A stretch of DNA of 64,000 nucleotides from a virus (taxonomy: Duplodnaviria; Caudoviricetes), in IMG/VR virus record IMGVR_UViG_2595698952_000001, positions 160,001 through 224,000 of that record. One strand, given 5' to 3'. The notes beneath the pieces were generated by a model, which had not been told where the DNA came from, made no database searches, and saw nothing but the letters and a program-made list of their open reading frames with translations. Both the position numbers and the translations under genes were made by a program. Every line of letters starts with the position of its first letter. Position 1 is the first letter of the stretch. This document shows, one piece after another, positions 16,559-27,041 of this stretch.

Positions 16559-16955
16559 CTTCGAAGAACTGATGGCACGGGCGCACCTCGCGAATGAAAA
16601 CGAGGTGGAGCCCGCTATCGCTTATTTATTTCTGACGAAGTACGCGGAAGAAACCGTGCGGTCTATCGCAAAGCGGGCAGGGGAAGGCGAGAACTTTCTG
16701 ACATTCATCTCACCGGAACCACACCTTATTGTGACTCAGTTAGCCCAGATGTGGGGTCGCGAAAAGGTTGTCCCGCTATTGATGTCGCACATGTCGTGGA
16801 AAATCAACGAAGATGTTCAATTCACCCGTATCCTTAATACTGTGGAGCGATTGTGGAAAGAAGTTGGTCTTCCGCGAGACGAAGCGGCCAAACGCACGAA
16901 GGTTTCTCTCCTTATGAAAGAGATCGGTAGTGCAACCATTTGCGTAGAGTGTTAA
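16524..16955 (+). CDS. Hypothetical protein
   Basis: Overlapping operon ORF. Confidence 0.7.
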   Translation: MKLYLDVAEIFDFEELMARAHLANENEVEPAIAYLFLTKYAEETVRSIAKRAGEGENFLTFISPEPHLIVTQLAQMWGREKVVPLLMSHMSWKINEDVQFTRILNTVERLWKEVGLPRDEAAKRTKVSLLMKEIGSATICVEC

Positions 16956-16964
16956 GGGGCGAAG

Positions 16965-17558
16965 ATGTTATATAGGGTGAGAGCTAACCACCTTATTTGC
17001 GTCGACTTAGGTGTGCTGGGTTATGTGAACGACGGGGAGTGGTTCTTGCAGATGGTGATTAACTACATCCGCACCATTCCCCGTTTACACATCGAGCTGG
17101 GGGAAAGTCCGAACGAGCAAAGTATCGTGACTGCGGTTGAATGGGCGTTGTTGTCGTACACCCGTGAGCTGCGTTTCCCCGGTACCCGTTCAGAGTTCCA
17201 TCAGCTGAACCAATACCTAAAGACGTTGAATGATGAATACCGTCGCTGGAAGTTCGACGAGTGTATGGAGTCGCAAGTGGGGTCAGTTGCTTTTGATGAC
17301 CTGCGTCCGCTCCTGACTATCGTGGAACAGTGTCGTATTCTGGGTGAATCGTCGTGGGACATCCTGCGGACATATGCCAATGACTTGATGCTTGAGGTTA
17401 TCCTTTCGGCAATCAAGGAACATTTCGCTGCACCGATGGACATGTTTATGACCGTCCACAAAGAGAAAGTCAAGGGCTTTGACCTGTACGTCCATTTTCC
17501 TACGGATGCCACGTCAGCGCTTGATTTGAAACTGTTGGTAGATATTCCGGAGGAGTGA
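16965..17558 (+). CDS. Hypothetical protein
   Basis: AAGGGG RBS. Confidence 0.75.
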   Translation: MLYRVRANHLICVDLGVLGYVNDGEWFLQMVINYIRTIPRLHIELGESPNEQSIVTAVEWALLSYTRELRFPGTRSEFHQLNQYLKTLNDEYRRWKFDECMESQVGSVAFDDLRPLLTIVEQCRILGESSWDILRTYANDLMLEVILSAIKEHFAAPMDMFMTVHKEKVKGFDLYVHFPTDATSALDLKLLVDIPEE

Positions 17559-17968
17559 TGTTCAACGTTAAGTCGATTGAGCCAGGGAGTGTGGTAAACA
17601 TTGTTTACGATACCCCTTTAAAAGGTAACGAAACCCGTGTGCTGGTCTTGGCCTCCAACGTGGGATTCGAAATGGCCAAGTCGTATCTGGATGTGCGCGC
17701 TGAGCAGAAGAACATTTATTCTTCTCTGGTCGCGCAACCTGACGACGACCCAACCAAATACACCTACCTGTTGTTCAAAGGTGCTGATGGTAAACCGAAT
17801 GTAGCGGCGGATGCGTGGATTCGCAACGTGGCAATCATCGAGACCATCTCAGTACAGTTCAAAGTGACCCTGGATAACAAACAGGAAATCGATGACCTGA
17901 AACTGGCACTGGCAGCCCGCGGCTTCAATGATGTGCAGTTTGAAATCATTGAAAACGTAGCAGGTTAA
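17555..17968 (+). CDS. Hypothetical protein (possible virion protein)
   Basis: GGAGG RBS; followed by a terminator at 17974-18011. Confidence 0.75.
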   Translation: MMFNVKSIEPGSVVNIVYDTPLKGNETRVLVLASNVGFEMAKSYLDVRAEQKNIYSSLVAQPDDDPTKYTYLLFKGADGKPNVAADAWIRNVAIIETISVQFKVTLDNKQEIDDLKLALAARGFNDVQFEIIENVAG

Positions 17969-18059
17969 GATAGACCCACTCTTCGGAGTGGGCTTTCTTT
18001 TTTTCTTTTTTCACGTATCTGACCTGTCTTATAGCTGAGAATACACCAAGGGGCCAGAC

Positions 18060-20345
18060 GTGGAATACCAATCGCCATTTCGTCTTACTGAAGACGAATA
18101 CCACCGTGACATCGACATCATCGATGCGTACTACGAACAGTTGGCCTTATACATCCACACCGTGACTGCCGGTAAATACTCGCTGGAGTTTTGCCGTGAG
18201 CAAGTCGAAGACATGTTCAAACCAGGCGGGGAGTTAGTACAAGACTTCCCGGTCTGTAAGATGTGGGTGCGTAACCAAAAGACCGGTGACCGCGAAGAGA
18301 AGTACACCACGGTTGACCGTCTGTTCCGTACAGTAATTGATAAACAGATTATCTCGGCCCCGTCATTAACCTTTTACGTGCCCGAGCATGTCAAGCGTTC
18401 GAAGCTTGCGGAGTTTACCGCAGAGAACGTGCGTAAGCGTGCTGTGGTGAAAAAAGAAATGTACGTGGCCGCTGCTGCGGGTAACGAAGTCTTAAAGATT
18501 AACAAAAAGAACGAACAAAACGCCGTTAAGACTTTGAACAACGGGATGTCCGGAGCTTTCTCCTCACCGTATACCGTTATCTTTAACCAGTCGTCGCACT
18601 CCGTGTTGACGTCAACGTGCCGTACGGCGACCTCGTTTGGTAACGCCGGTAACGAACGTCTGTTGGGTGGTCGTCGTCACTACGACACACCGTCCCGCGT
18701 ACTCGACCATTTCCTGTCTATCGGTACCCTTACCGACTGGCAGGGATTCAAAGCGTGCATGGACAAATACAACCTGCACTATCCGTCGGTCGACGAAGTT
18801 ATGGAAGTGGTGGAGCACTCTTCGAAAGATTACTTCATCAACCCAGAAGGTCTGGCGTTTATTCGTCAGTACGCCACTAACACAACTGCACTTACGCGTG
18901 CGGCATTTGTGTACATGGGCGACTTCTATCACTTAGCGAAGTACAACGATCAATTCATGCGTGGATTTATTGGTGCACTGATTGCCGAAGAGATGGAAGA
19001 AGAAATCACCGATTGGGATGCCGCTGAGAAATCGATTGACGGGGACATGGAGATTATTATCTCTCAGTTCCGTACCGACATCGTGCCGCTCGGTAAGTCT
19101 TTCTCGGATGTGAAGCTGAAAGATGAAGACACCAATAAAGCTGAGCCATGGGAGAAGCAGGACAAATACAAAGAGCTGATTCGCTCTGCGGTGTATCTGC
19201 AAAAGACCATTGGCCACTACGCGTGTCTGATTCGTAATGTGCTGACCACCAAGAACCTGCCAATCAACATTGCCAGGATGCCTGACGTGGTGCGTAGCGT
19301 AGGTGTGGTATCGGACACCGACTCCACGATGATGACTGCGCAGTGGTGGGCACAGTGGTACACCGGACAACACTATGGTCGTGAGGCAACCCGTGTTTCC
19401 GATGCGATGATTTACCTGGCCACTCAACACTTGCGTCATTTGATGGCAAGTATGTCAGTAAACATCGGTGTAGCAAAAGAGCGTCTGTTCCTGTACGCAA
19501 TGAAGAACGAGTACAAGTTCGACTCCTTTGCCCTGACCACCAAAGCCAAGCATTACTTCTCCATTATTACCGGACAGGAAGGCCAGCTGAAGAAAGACCC
19601 AGAGCTAGAAGTGAAGGGGGTTTCTCTGCGCACGTCGAACATTCCACCGGTTATCATGAAAGAGTTCAAGCGTACCATCAAACAACTCTGTGAGATTGTT
19701 GCACGCGGCGACAAAATCGAAATCATTCCTCTGCTGGAGAAGGTCGCAGGGATCGAGCACACCGTGGCGAATTCTATCCGCAGCGGTAACGCCGGTTACT
19801 TGAAAACCACCAACATCAAGGAACGTACCGCGTATAACGAGAACGACGAGAAGAACTACCACTACCACCGTTTCTACAACGAAGTGTTCGGGCCGAAGTT
19901 TGGTCATATCGGTGAACCTCCGTACGACGGTGTGAAGTTGCCGGTTAGCTTGCAGACTAAAACTGCGGTTAAGGAGTGGTTAGAGTCCATTAAAGATCCG
20001 ATGATTAAAGCCTCTGCAACCCAGTGGTTTGAATCCACCAACTTCCGTACTTACCGTACGCTGATTCTGCCAGAACACCTGGTAGAGAACTACGGGATTC
20101 CACAGGAGCTGATTGACATCGCGGATATTCGCCGTACTGCGTTTGCCACGGTTGAACCGTACTACCACATCCTGGAATGTCTGGGTGTGTTTATGATGGA
20201 CAAGAACCGCACTCGACTGCTGTCAGATTACTACGGCGAATCGCTGGATGCGGAACTGGCCGAAGCCTTAGCCGAGGTCACGTATGTTCGTAACGATGAG
20301 CGTGAAGACGAGGATGAAGATGAAGAAGAAGGCGGTGAGGAATAA
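18060..20345 (+). CDS. Family-B DNA polymerase catalytic subunit (phiKZ gp50-like, split polymerase)
   Basis: Motif B QNAVKTLNNGMSGA, motif C VSDTDS, KAKHY and EVKGVSL. Confidence 0.9.
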   Translation: MEYQSPFRLTEDEYHRDIDIIDAYYEQLALYIHTVTAGKYSLEFCREQVEDMFKPGGELVQDFPVCKMWVRNQKTGDREEKYTTVDRLFRTVIDKQIISAPSLTFYVPEHVKRSKLAEFTAENVRKRAVVKKEMYVAAAAGNEVLKINKKNEQNAVKTLNNGMSGAFSSPYTVIFNQSSHSVLTSTCRTATSFGNAGNERLLGGRRHYDTPSRVLDHFLSIGTLTDWQGFKACMDKYNLHYPSVDEVMEVVEHSSKDYFINPEGLAFIRQYATNTTALTRAAFVYMGDFYHLAKYNDQFMRGFIGALIAEEMEEEITDWDAAEKSIDGDMEIIISQFRTDIVPLGKSFSDVKLKDEDTNKAEPWEKQDKYKELIRSAVYLQKTIGHYACLIRNVLTTKNLPINIARMPDVVRSVGVVSDTDSTMMTAQWWAQWYTGQHYGREATRVSDAMIYLATQHLRHLMASMSVNIGVAKERLFLYAMKNEYKFDSFALTTKAKHYFSIITGQEGQLKKDPELEVKGVSLRTSNIPPVIMKEFKRTIKQLCEIVARGDKIEIIPLLEKVAGIEHTVANSIRSGNAGYLKTTNIKERTAYNENDEKNYHYHRFYNEVFGPKFGHIGEPPYDGVKLPVSLQTKTAVKEWLESIKDPMIKASATQWFESTNFRTYRTLILPEHLVENYGIPQELIDIADIRRTAFATVEPYYHILECLGVFMMDKNRTRLLSDYYGESLDAELAEALAEVTYVRNDEREDEDEDEEEGGEE

Positions 20346-20473
20346 TTTCTCGCACTTGTACCTAAGCCGTATGCCGCACCTGACCCGCAGAGTTGTTCTG
20401 TCACCGCCAGGTGGGTTGCAGCCGTCAATGGATACCGCGGGCTCACCGCGGTTCTACCACCGGGAGGAGAAAG

Positions 20474-20665
20474 ATGGCTTATCGTAATCCCTCCATCGCC
20501 AGCGCAGCCATCAGCGAAATCCGCAAAGAACTGGAAGAACGCGGCTGCACCGATATCGTTCTGCATCGCGGTGGTGAGTTTGTACACATCACCGCCAAGC
20601 ACCCGAAAAAGAATCGGGAGATAAATGTTTACGCCCAGCCGTACCTGGCACAGGAGAATAAATGA
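20474..20665 (+). CDS. Small hypothetical protein
   Basis: GGAGGAG RBS before MAYRNPS. Confidence 0.7.
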   Translation: MAYRNPSIASAAISEIRKELEERGCTDIVLHRGGEFVHITAKHPKKNREINVYAQPYLAQENK

Positions 20666-21123
20666 AAGAGGAAGAGAGTCGGTTCACGCCGATCCCGGAT
20701 TACCGGGTACCGCTGGGCCTGGTTATTGAACAGCGTGACGGTAAGGGTACCGCAGTTACTGTTACTTACCACCCTAACTCGCGCATCGGTCGTCAACTGT
20801 TAAAAGAAATGGAGTACCGCTATGTGGCGGTACTTGACCGTGATGAAACCGGCGTCCCGGAATACAGTGACTGCTACTTCATGAAAGAGCAGGCAATTGT
20901 TGAGATGTTGAATGCGCTGCCGTGGCTGCGTAATCAGTATCAGGTCATTGATGGTTGGGTTGGGCCAGAGGTGCACGGGCCGAATGCGATTGTCGATATG
21001 GACTTTATGGTTATCGACAAGCTCGAGCGTACGCATCTGCATCGCTACACCGATGAGAACGTTTCGAAGATTTGTAACGATCTCGGGGTGCAGTTCTACC
21101 AGAGCAAAAAAAGAAAGGAATAA
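20662..21123 (+). CDS. Hypothetical protein
   Basis: AGGAG RBS, coupled to the previous gene. Confidence 0.75.
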   Translation: MKEEESRFTPIPDYRVPLGLVIEQRDGKGTAVTVTYHPNSRIGRQLLKEMEYRYVAVLDRDETGVPEYSDCYFMKEQAIVEMLNALPWLRNQYQVIDGWVGPEVHGPNAIVDMDFMVIDKLERTHLHRYTDENVSKICNDLGVQFYQSKKRKE

Positions 21124-21199
21124 CTCTACACCGAAGTGTAGAGTTATTTACCTATTATATGGGAGATTCGAAAGAATCTTTGGCAGGAGAGAGTAAGTC

Positions 21200-22261
21200 T
21201 CAATTTTCGAGAGCTGCGTACAACGGTTTTATCAGGTTCAGTTGCAGATACGTTTGCACTGACTTGGTTTGACGTTGTAACACTTTCGAATCCTCAAAGC
21301 GGGCGATGTCGATGTTCAAGTTCGATTTGAATTTGTCCATCGAAGGGTTGTCGTATTGCAGTACATACAACGCCCAGTACCAGTTAATGATGTTCTGGTG
21401 CCAACTGGCTTGTGTCGTCGAACCGGAATACCGGTGCTGCACACGGTCTACCGCTGTAGAGGGGTCGAGAGGGTTCTCAAAGAATTGGGGGACGTGGGCT
21501 AATACCGTACCGGGGTGCGGTGTGCCTGCGAGAAGACTTTTGTGTATGTTCCGCGCGTGCCTAACCGTGAGGTCGTGCAATGGCGGAACGTTAACAACGC
21601 GCATCGGCAGGTCATCTTCCATCTCTTTATTAAACGCTACTGCCCGATGGACATTCAGAAATGCGATGTCCATGTAGCTTGGCAACATGCGAGTAATCAC
21701 ATGACGCTGAGCATAAACCACGCTGGTCATCTGTTCCGTTGACTTTCGGTAATGCTGTTCCGCAAGAACGTATTGCCAAAGCAAGGCGACCAGGTTAATT
21801 TCAATGATTGCTACGCCCCGAGGTCGGTTATCGCCGAATTGCCAATTCAAATTGGTATACTCGTGGTAGAGATAGACTGCGGGGGTGTAATCGCGAAATG
21901 GCAGATCCGGATCAACCGGACGAGCGACGAGAGAGATTATCTCATCTTGTCCCTCTATAAAGGCACCGTTATACACTTGCCCAAAGTTGCCGGGCGAAAT
22001 GAGACGTAGTGCATTCCCTATATCGGACAGTTTGCGACGGCAGGCCCATTCGATATCAAGGTATTCAGGTTCAGCTGCATAGCCGATACTGGATAGGATT
22101 TTCAAGATGAGGTGACCGGATCCCACACGCGTCTGCACCGATTCGAGGAAGTTACGAATGCGCTGTTGATTATTTTTTACGGCAGCAACCAATTGTATAG
22201 CGGAAGGGTCCGCGACGTGACCCTTTATGGCCACTTGGTTTAACTCGGCTTGACTGAACAT
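21200..22261 (-). CDS. Conserved protein, putative virion structural protein
   Basis: AAGGAG RBS before ATG 22261 (MFSQAEL); TATG upstream; divergent from chimallin. Confidence 0.65.
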   Translation of the reverse strand: MFSQAELNQVAIKGHVADPSAIQLVAAVKNNQQRIRNFLESVQTRVGSGHLILKILSSIGYAAEPEYLDIEWACRRKLSDIGNALRLISPGNFGQVYNGAFIEGQDEIISLVARPVDPDLPFRDYTPAVYLYHEYTNLNWQFGDNRPRGVAIIEINLVALLWQYVLAEQHYRKSTEQMTSVVYAQRHVITRMLPSYMDIAFLNVHRAVAFNKEMEDDLPMRVVNVPPLHDLTVRHARNIHKSLLAGTPHPGTVLAHVPQFFENPLDPSTAVDRVQHRYSGSTTQASWHQNIINWYWALYVLQYDNPSMDKFKSNLNIDIARFEDSKVLQRQTKSVQTYLQLNLIKPLYAALEN

Positions 22262-22467
22262 GACGGGCTCCTTTGGTTCCACATAGGAATTGGTCACAGT
22301 CAAAAAAATTACAGATTGATATTATCATAGTGAGAGTTCTGGTCTTCTGTCTGGTATATGTTATTGCAATAAGCGACGGCTTACCTGTATTCCATATATT
22401 CTCAGGCAGATATTATTACTGTGAACTTCACTACGATTGATATAAAACCACTTAAGGAATATTTACC

Positions 22468-24324
22468 ATGGTAAAAGTAGTAGACACCAACGCAAACAAC
22501 GCTTCTCAGAATGCTAACCTGAACACTGAAACTCAGGCACCTCTGGGCGGTAATGCATCTCAGCCTTCTGCTGCGGCAGCGGCTGCAAGCTCTCTCGGTA
22601 ACGTGGGTCTGTTCGACCGTGCGTTCGGCTGGCAGAGCACCAACTCTTACGCTTCCGCTTACGTTGCTCAACTCGAGGAACTGGCGAAAGAAAACTCCTA
22701 CCTGCGTGGCTTCAAATGGGGCATCGTTGACGGCGTCGGCGCGGACATGGGTTCTGCGGCTTACATCGCTGGCGATTACAACGGTCACTGGCTGTACGGT
22801 ATTCTGTTCTTCGAACGCGGTCAGTCTCTGCGTCTGAAAGAAACTACCGGTGGTGCTGAGTCTTACTACACCATCACTGAGCTGCTGGATACTGAGTTCC
22901 TGAAAACTGTATCCAAAACTATCCAGGCTACGCATCAGCTGCCTAACGCACACTTCATGGCGGTGAACTCCGTACCTGACCTCGGCAAGCAGCTGAGCAA
23001 AGAGTGGGCGCAGCAGTTGACTGGTCAGCTGGCGCTGGGTATCTTCGGTCGTATCCAGGGCTTCCTGGGCCAGATGCAGCTGAGCAAATCCGATCGCTTC
23101 ACCGCGCAGGTCTTCCAGCTGGACGATGGTTCTGTACTGGACGGCAACGGCCACGCACAACGTGCTGACTTCGGTGTGACCCTGGAACACGTTCCGGCAA
23201 CCAGCGATAACAGCACCCCGACTCTGATGGACAACAGTCAGGCGCAGATGTATCCGCGTGTTCACGGTGTTGGCTATGTCAACATGCGTTTCACCGGCCA
23301 GAAACCTGCGGTTAACGGCGTGCCAGATCTCAAGCAGCTTCAGGCGGAAATCGTCGTGTCGCTGATGGACTCTCAGGCCGAAGGTTCTCGCGTTCCGATG
23401 GAACGTCAGATTCTGGAACTGGCAGCGTTCGCAGAAATCGCCTCTATCGGCGGCTGGCGCGACCTGTTCATGAAAGGTCTGAACGGTACCGATCGTAAAT
23501 GGTCTCGTGTGGTTGAATACCTGAACTGGGGTACCGACCAGCGTCCGGACATCTCCAAAATCGACAAGAGCCGCGAAGCGATTGAAGGTTGCCTGGATAT
23601 GTTTGCACCGCGTGAAGCAGCGCTGGTTGTCAGCCATCGTGCCGGTAACGGTATCGGCGGTCTGTCTACCATCCTGTCTGAAATTGCCGGTAATTCCGAT
23701 ATCGCACTGAAACAGCTCCTCACCATTCTGAACGGCATGACCCCGCGTGCCAAGAAGTCTAACGACGAGCTGATCGGTACCACCGGTACTAAGAACTTCA
23801 CTCAGCGCTTTGCCGCCGCACTTGGCAAAGATACCATCACCTGTGCTGACGTCGTGAAAGCTGCCGTACCTACCGTATCCGGTGTGTACACTGGTAACAC
23901 CCAGAAACGTAGCTTCCAGGACATGGACCTGGTGTCTGTGCTGACTAAGTTCGGCGACAACCAAACTGATGTGTACACTTACCTGCACGCTCAGTCCTAC
24001 TCCCACCGTGAACTGAACGCCCGTGCTCAGCGTATCTACATGCTGAAACTGGCTGCGGTTCTGTTCGGTGCTAAAGATGCGCGCATCACCGGCGAATCTC
24101 TGGACATGGCTGTGAACCCGGTATTCGCGAAATGCGTACTGGACTTCGTGCGTGAGAACTGCAACTGGCAGCTGACTGGCGTATCTGCGCACAACAGCAT
24201 CGCTAACTCCCTGTTCTTCAACAACGGCGGTGAGAACTTCACCCTGTCTGGAACTGGTAGCAGCGCGCAGGGTTCTGACTTCTCTCTGGGTGTATCAATC
24301 GGTAGCCTTGACCTGGGCCTGTAA
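22468..24324 (+). CDS. chmA: Chimallin, phage nuclear shell protein (phiKZ gp54-like)
   Basis: 618 aa, highly expressed codon usage, low-complexity N-terminus, immediately upstream of the DFDGD-containing nvRNAP subunit as in phiKZ gp54-gp55; own terminator 24358-24397. Confidence 0.8.
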   Translation: MVKVVDTNANNASQNANLNTETQAPLGGNASQPSAAAAAASSLGNVGLFDRAFGWQSTNSYASAYVAQLEELAKENSYLRGFKWGIVDGVGADMGSAAYIAGDYNGHWLYGILFFERGQSLRLKETTGGAESYYTITELLDTEFLKTVSKTIQATHQLPNAHFMAVNSVPDLGKQLSKEWAQQLTGQLALGIFGRIQGFLGQMQLSKSDRFTAQVFQLDDGSVLDGNGHAQRADFGVTLEHVPATSDNSTPTLMDNSQAQMYPRVHGVGYVNMRFTGQKPAVNGVPDLKQLQAEIVVSLMDSQAEGSRVPMERQILELAAFAEIASIGGWRDLFMKGLNGTDRKWSRVVEYLNWGTDQRPDISKIDKSREAIEGCLDMFAPREAALVVSHRAGNGIGGLSTILSEIAGNSDIALKQLLTILNGMTPRAKKSNDELIGTTGTKNFTQRFAAALGKDTITCADVVKAAVPTVSGVYTGNTQKRSFQDMDLVSVLTKFGDNQTDVYTYLHAQSYSHRELNARAQRIYMLKLAAVLFGAKDARITGESLDMAVNPVFAKCVLDFVRENCNWQLTGVSAHNSIANSLFFNNGGENFTLSGTGSSAQGSDFSLGVSIGSLDLGL

Positions 24325-24411
24325 GTCCCGGTTAAGTTGGTTGTAGTAAGTTAGGTAGGGACAGGGGCTAACGCCTCTGTCCCTTCTCTCTTTTTTTGTT
24401 GAGGTTGCAGA

Positions 24412-26013
24412 GTGGAAAAGGCACCGAAGTATTACGGCGTATCAGGCCGATTGATTAACCATGACGGGTATTTGCGTGACCTCTATATCGAGGCAGCTGC
24501 AAAAGGCATTAAACCGCCAACCGTTATCAACGACGTTGCCAAGAACGGAGATGCAATTGAAACAGCCGAGCTTATCGATCAGATAATTCAGAACCGAATC
24601 GTCGACGAAGAACTGAACTCGGCACCCATCTGTAGTCTGACCTGCGAGAAACCGATTGCACACCGACCGAATCTGGGTCGTAAGTGTCCAACCTGTGGTT
24701 ACGTGGTAACAGAGCACCGTATCGAATCTGAAGTCTGGGTTCGTGCACCGGATGAGATGGGTAATTTTATCAACCCGCGTTTCTGGGGTTTATTTAATGC
24801 CTTCTTTGGCAGCAAGTTCAAGAAGTTTGACCGCAACAAAGTGACCGTTGAGCGTGGTTCGGATTTGATGATGTGGATTATCGATCCCTATTATCGTCCG
24901 GATGAAGCCGATGGTAAACGTGCGCACGTAGTGAAACGTATCTTAGAGGAACACCGCTTTGAACGTGGACTGCGGAACTTCATCGACCACCACAAAACAA
25001 TCTTCGCCATCCTGACCAGCAGCGATGCCTGGCGGGAAATCTATCCACCCACGCGTCACAATGCAGCAGCCTCTGAGTTGTTACGTTCTCAATGGCAGCA
25101 CTTCTTTGAGACACAGGCGCACGCGTTCTTCCCAACGCACCTTCCGCTGTTATCACCAAAGCTGATTGTGACGGAAGAAGGACGTCGCGGTGTGATGATA
25201 GATCCGGTCTTTACCGGGGCAATTGATGCGGTGAAAAATATCGCATTGTTGTATACTCGCAGTAAACCGATTGAGTCCCGCTTCCTAATCAGTCGCGCAA
25301 TCAAGGCCAATCGGCAGTTGGCGTACTTCTATATCGATTACCGTCGTGAAACGATGGAAGGTAAGCCTGGACACTATCGCGCGAAAATAGGGTCAACCTA
25401 TATTCCGTTTGGTGGCCGTGCAACCATTTCACCGATCTCGGAACCGCACGATGCCTGGAAGCTAAAAGCTCCGTGGCGTTGGGCAGTGGGTCTGATGTCT
25501 GTGGATATCGAGAACAAGTTGCTACGCCGGGGGTACAGTCCTCGCCAGTGCGAACGCATCGTCGCGAAAGCGTGTATGCAGTATATGCCACTGGTGCACG
25601 AAATCTTCAAAGAGCTGATAGCGGAAACGCCTGGTGGTTTGGGGATTATGGTAGAGCCACTGCGTAACCCAACGTTGGTACAGTTGTCCGTACAGACGTT
25701 GTACATCGATGAGATTGTCACCGATGTGAACCAGTGTTCTCTGCGCATCTCTGACCGTGTGATTAAGATGGCGAACGGTGACTTCGATGGCGACCAATTC
25801 CAGGTACGTCGTCCAGTTGACCAGCGTGAAATGGAGCTGGCCTTGGCATACCGTCCGGATAACGGCTTTATGTCCAGCACCGATGTAGACCGTGTCGAAC
25901 ATGGCATGATTTTACATAACGAGCTTATCAGTATGCAGAACCAGTTCCTCATTGAGGCAGATGAGGATGCAGAGATGGGACTGTCGATAGAAGAGATACT
26001 TGCACAGGAGTAA
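24412..26013 (+). CDS. Non-virion RNA polymerase beta'-like N-terminal subunit (phiKZ gp55/56.1-like)
   Basis: Zn-finger Cys residues (C..CPTC), RNPTL, catalytic NGDFDGD. Confidence 0.92.
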   Translation: MEKAPKYYGVSGRLINHDGYLRDLYIEAAAKGIKPPTVINDVAKNGDAIETAELIDQIIQNRIVDEELNSAPICSLTCEKPIAHRPNLGRKCPTCGYVVTEHRIESEVWVRAPDEMGNFINPRFWGLFNAFFGSKFKKFDRNKVTVERGSDLMMWIIDPYYRPDEADGKRAHVVKRILEEHRFERGLRNFIDHHKTIFAILTSSDAWREIYPPTRHNAAASELLRSQWQHFFETQAHAFFPTHLPLLSPKLIVTEEGRRGVMIDPVFTGAIDAVKNIALLYTRSKPIESRFLISRAIKANRQLAYFYIDYRRETMEGKPGHYRAKIGSTYIPFGGRATISPISEPHDAWKLKAPWRWAVGLMSVDIENKLLRRGYSPRQCERIVAKACMQYMPLVHEIFKELIAETPGGLGIMVEPLRNPTLVQLSVQTLYIDEIVTDVNQCSLRISDRVIKMANGDFDGDQFQVRRPVDQREMELALAYRPDNGFMSSTDVDRVEHGMILHNELISMQNQFLIEADEDAEMGLSIEEILAQE

Positions 26014-26016
26014 TGA

Positions 26017-26607
26017 ATGGCAGGCATGTGGTTGCAAGGTAGTACCGTCTGGGGCAGACAGTCGGAAGGTTCCGGAATGTTTGATACATTCAAAGAGAAT
26101 TTCTCTCTTGATGGAATCGCGGCGGATATGCTCGACAGCGTGAAGAAACACACCACGGAGTTAATCTCCCTGGAGCGCTGGCGCGAGACGTTTACTGCTG
26201 CCCGTAAGTTGCGTTATAACGACGTGACAGACGTGGTACGTCAGCTTGATGAGCTGGGCGACTTCCAGTTCGCTAATGAAGCGTTGCAGCCTTTCCTCGT
26301 CGCTATGCCTGAGTATCGTAAGCTGTATAACGAGAAGATGGCCACTGGTTATGAGAACGGGTATTCACAAATCGATGCGTTCCGCGGTAATGCATACATG
26401 CACACCGACGACAACTATCGTGAAGTGACCTCCGGTATGAGTACAGGATACGATGACGAGAAGATTTGGATTTGGGCGTCCAATGAAAATCGTGCAAACC
26501 GTCTGTCCAGTATTCAGAAGGTGGAAATGCAAATCAACTGGACACGTATGCGTGACTTCGACTGGGAAGATGGTGATCCCTGTTCGGAACTCGGCGCTAC
26601 GTGCTAA
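26017..26607 (+). CDS. Conserved hypothetical protein of the nucleus core block
   Basis: AGGAG RBS; terminator 26612-26639. Confidence 0.7.
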   Translation: MAGMWLQGSTVWGRQSEGSGMFDTFKENFSLDGIAADMLDSVKKHTTELISLERWRETFTAARKLRYNDVTDVVRQLDELGDFQFANEALQPFLVAMPEYRKLYNEKMATGYENGYSQIDAFRGNAYMHTDDNYREVTSGMSTGYDDEKIWIWASNENRANRLSSIQKVEMQINWTRMRDFDWEDGDPCSELGATC

Positions 26608-26654
26608 GAAAGAAGGGGCTTCGGCCTCTTCTTTTTTTCTAAGAGGAAAAGAAG

Positions 26655-27041
26655 ATGCCGATAGCAGTAGGAACTCTGTCAACCCGTGGGTGGGCGAGAA
26701 CCGCGAAAGAGCAGATTCGTGAACTGATGAATCATTACACTGAGGCAGGCTTTAGCCAGTCGCAGATTTATCAGGGTAACGTAAAATCGCTGGCGAAAGC
26801 CATGCAGGTCTTCTCGCAAGATCCCGATGGGTTGGCGAACCGTGTCAAATCCGATCTCGAAAGCTTGTACGGGAATGTGTTCCCCGAAGGCGTTGAGGTC
26901 ACCACGTCCTGGGAGTATGCTCAGGATTCCGACGTTCGTTACCGCATTAACATTTCACTGCGGGTAATGAAGAACGGTGAGTGGATTGATACGGAGCGTT
27001 ATGTGGAAACAGAATCAAGCACGGTTGAGGATGAGTCATGA
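26655..27041 (+). CDS. Putative virion protein, possibly T4 gp25-like baseplate wedge
   Basis: 128 aa with a VEVTT..YRINISLRV beta-rich C-terminus. Confidence 0.5.
   Translation: MPIAVGTLSTRGWARTAKEQIRELMNHYTEAGFSQSQIYQGNVKSLAKAMQVFSQDPDGLANRVKSDLESLYGNVFPEGVEVTTSWEYAQDSDVRYRINISLRVMKNGEWIDTERYVETESSTVEDES

Noticed and set aside
20365-20455. Group II intron domain V-like AGCCGTATGC
   Set aside because: No compact complementary GCACGTACGGTT arm, no other intron domains and no RT gene
22402-24192. 596-aa antisense ORF over chimallin
   Set aside because: Shadow ORF caused by the strong codon bias of a highly expressed gene; no RBS or recognisable motifs
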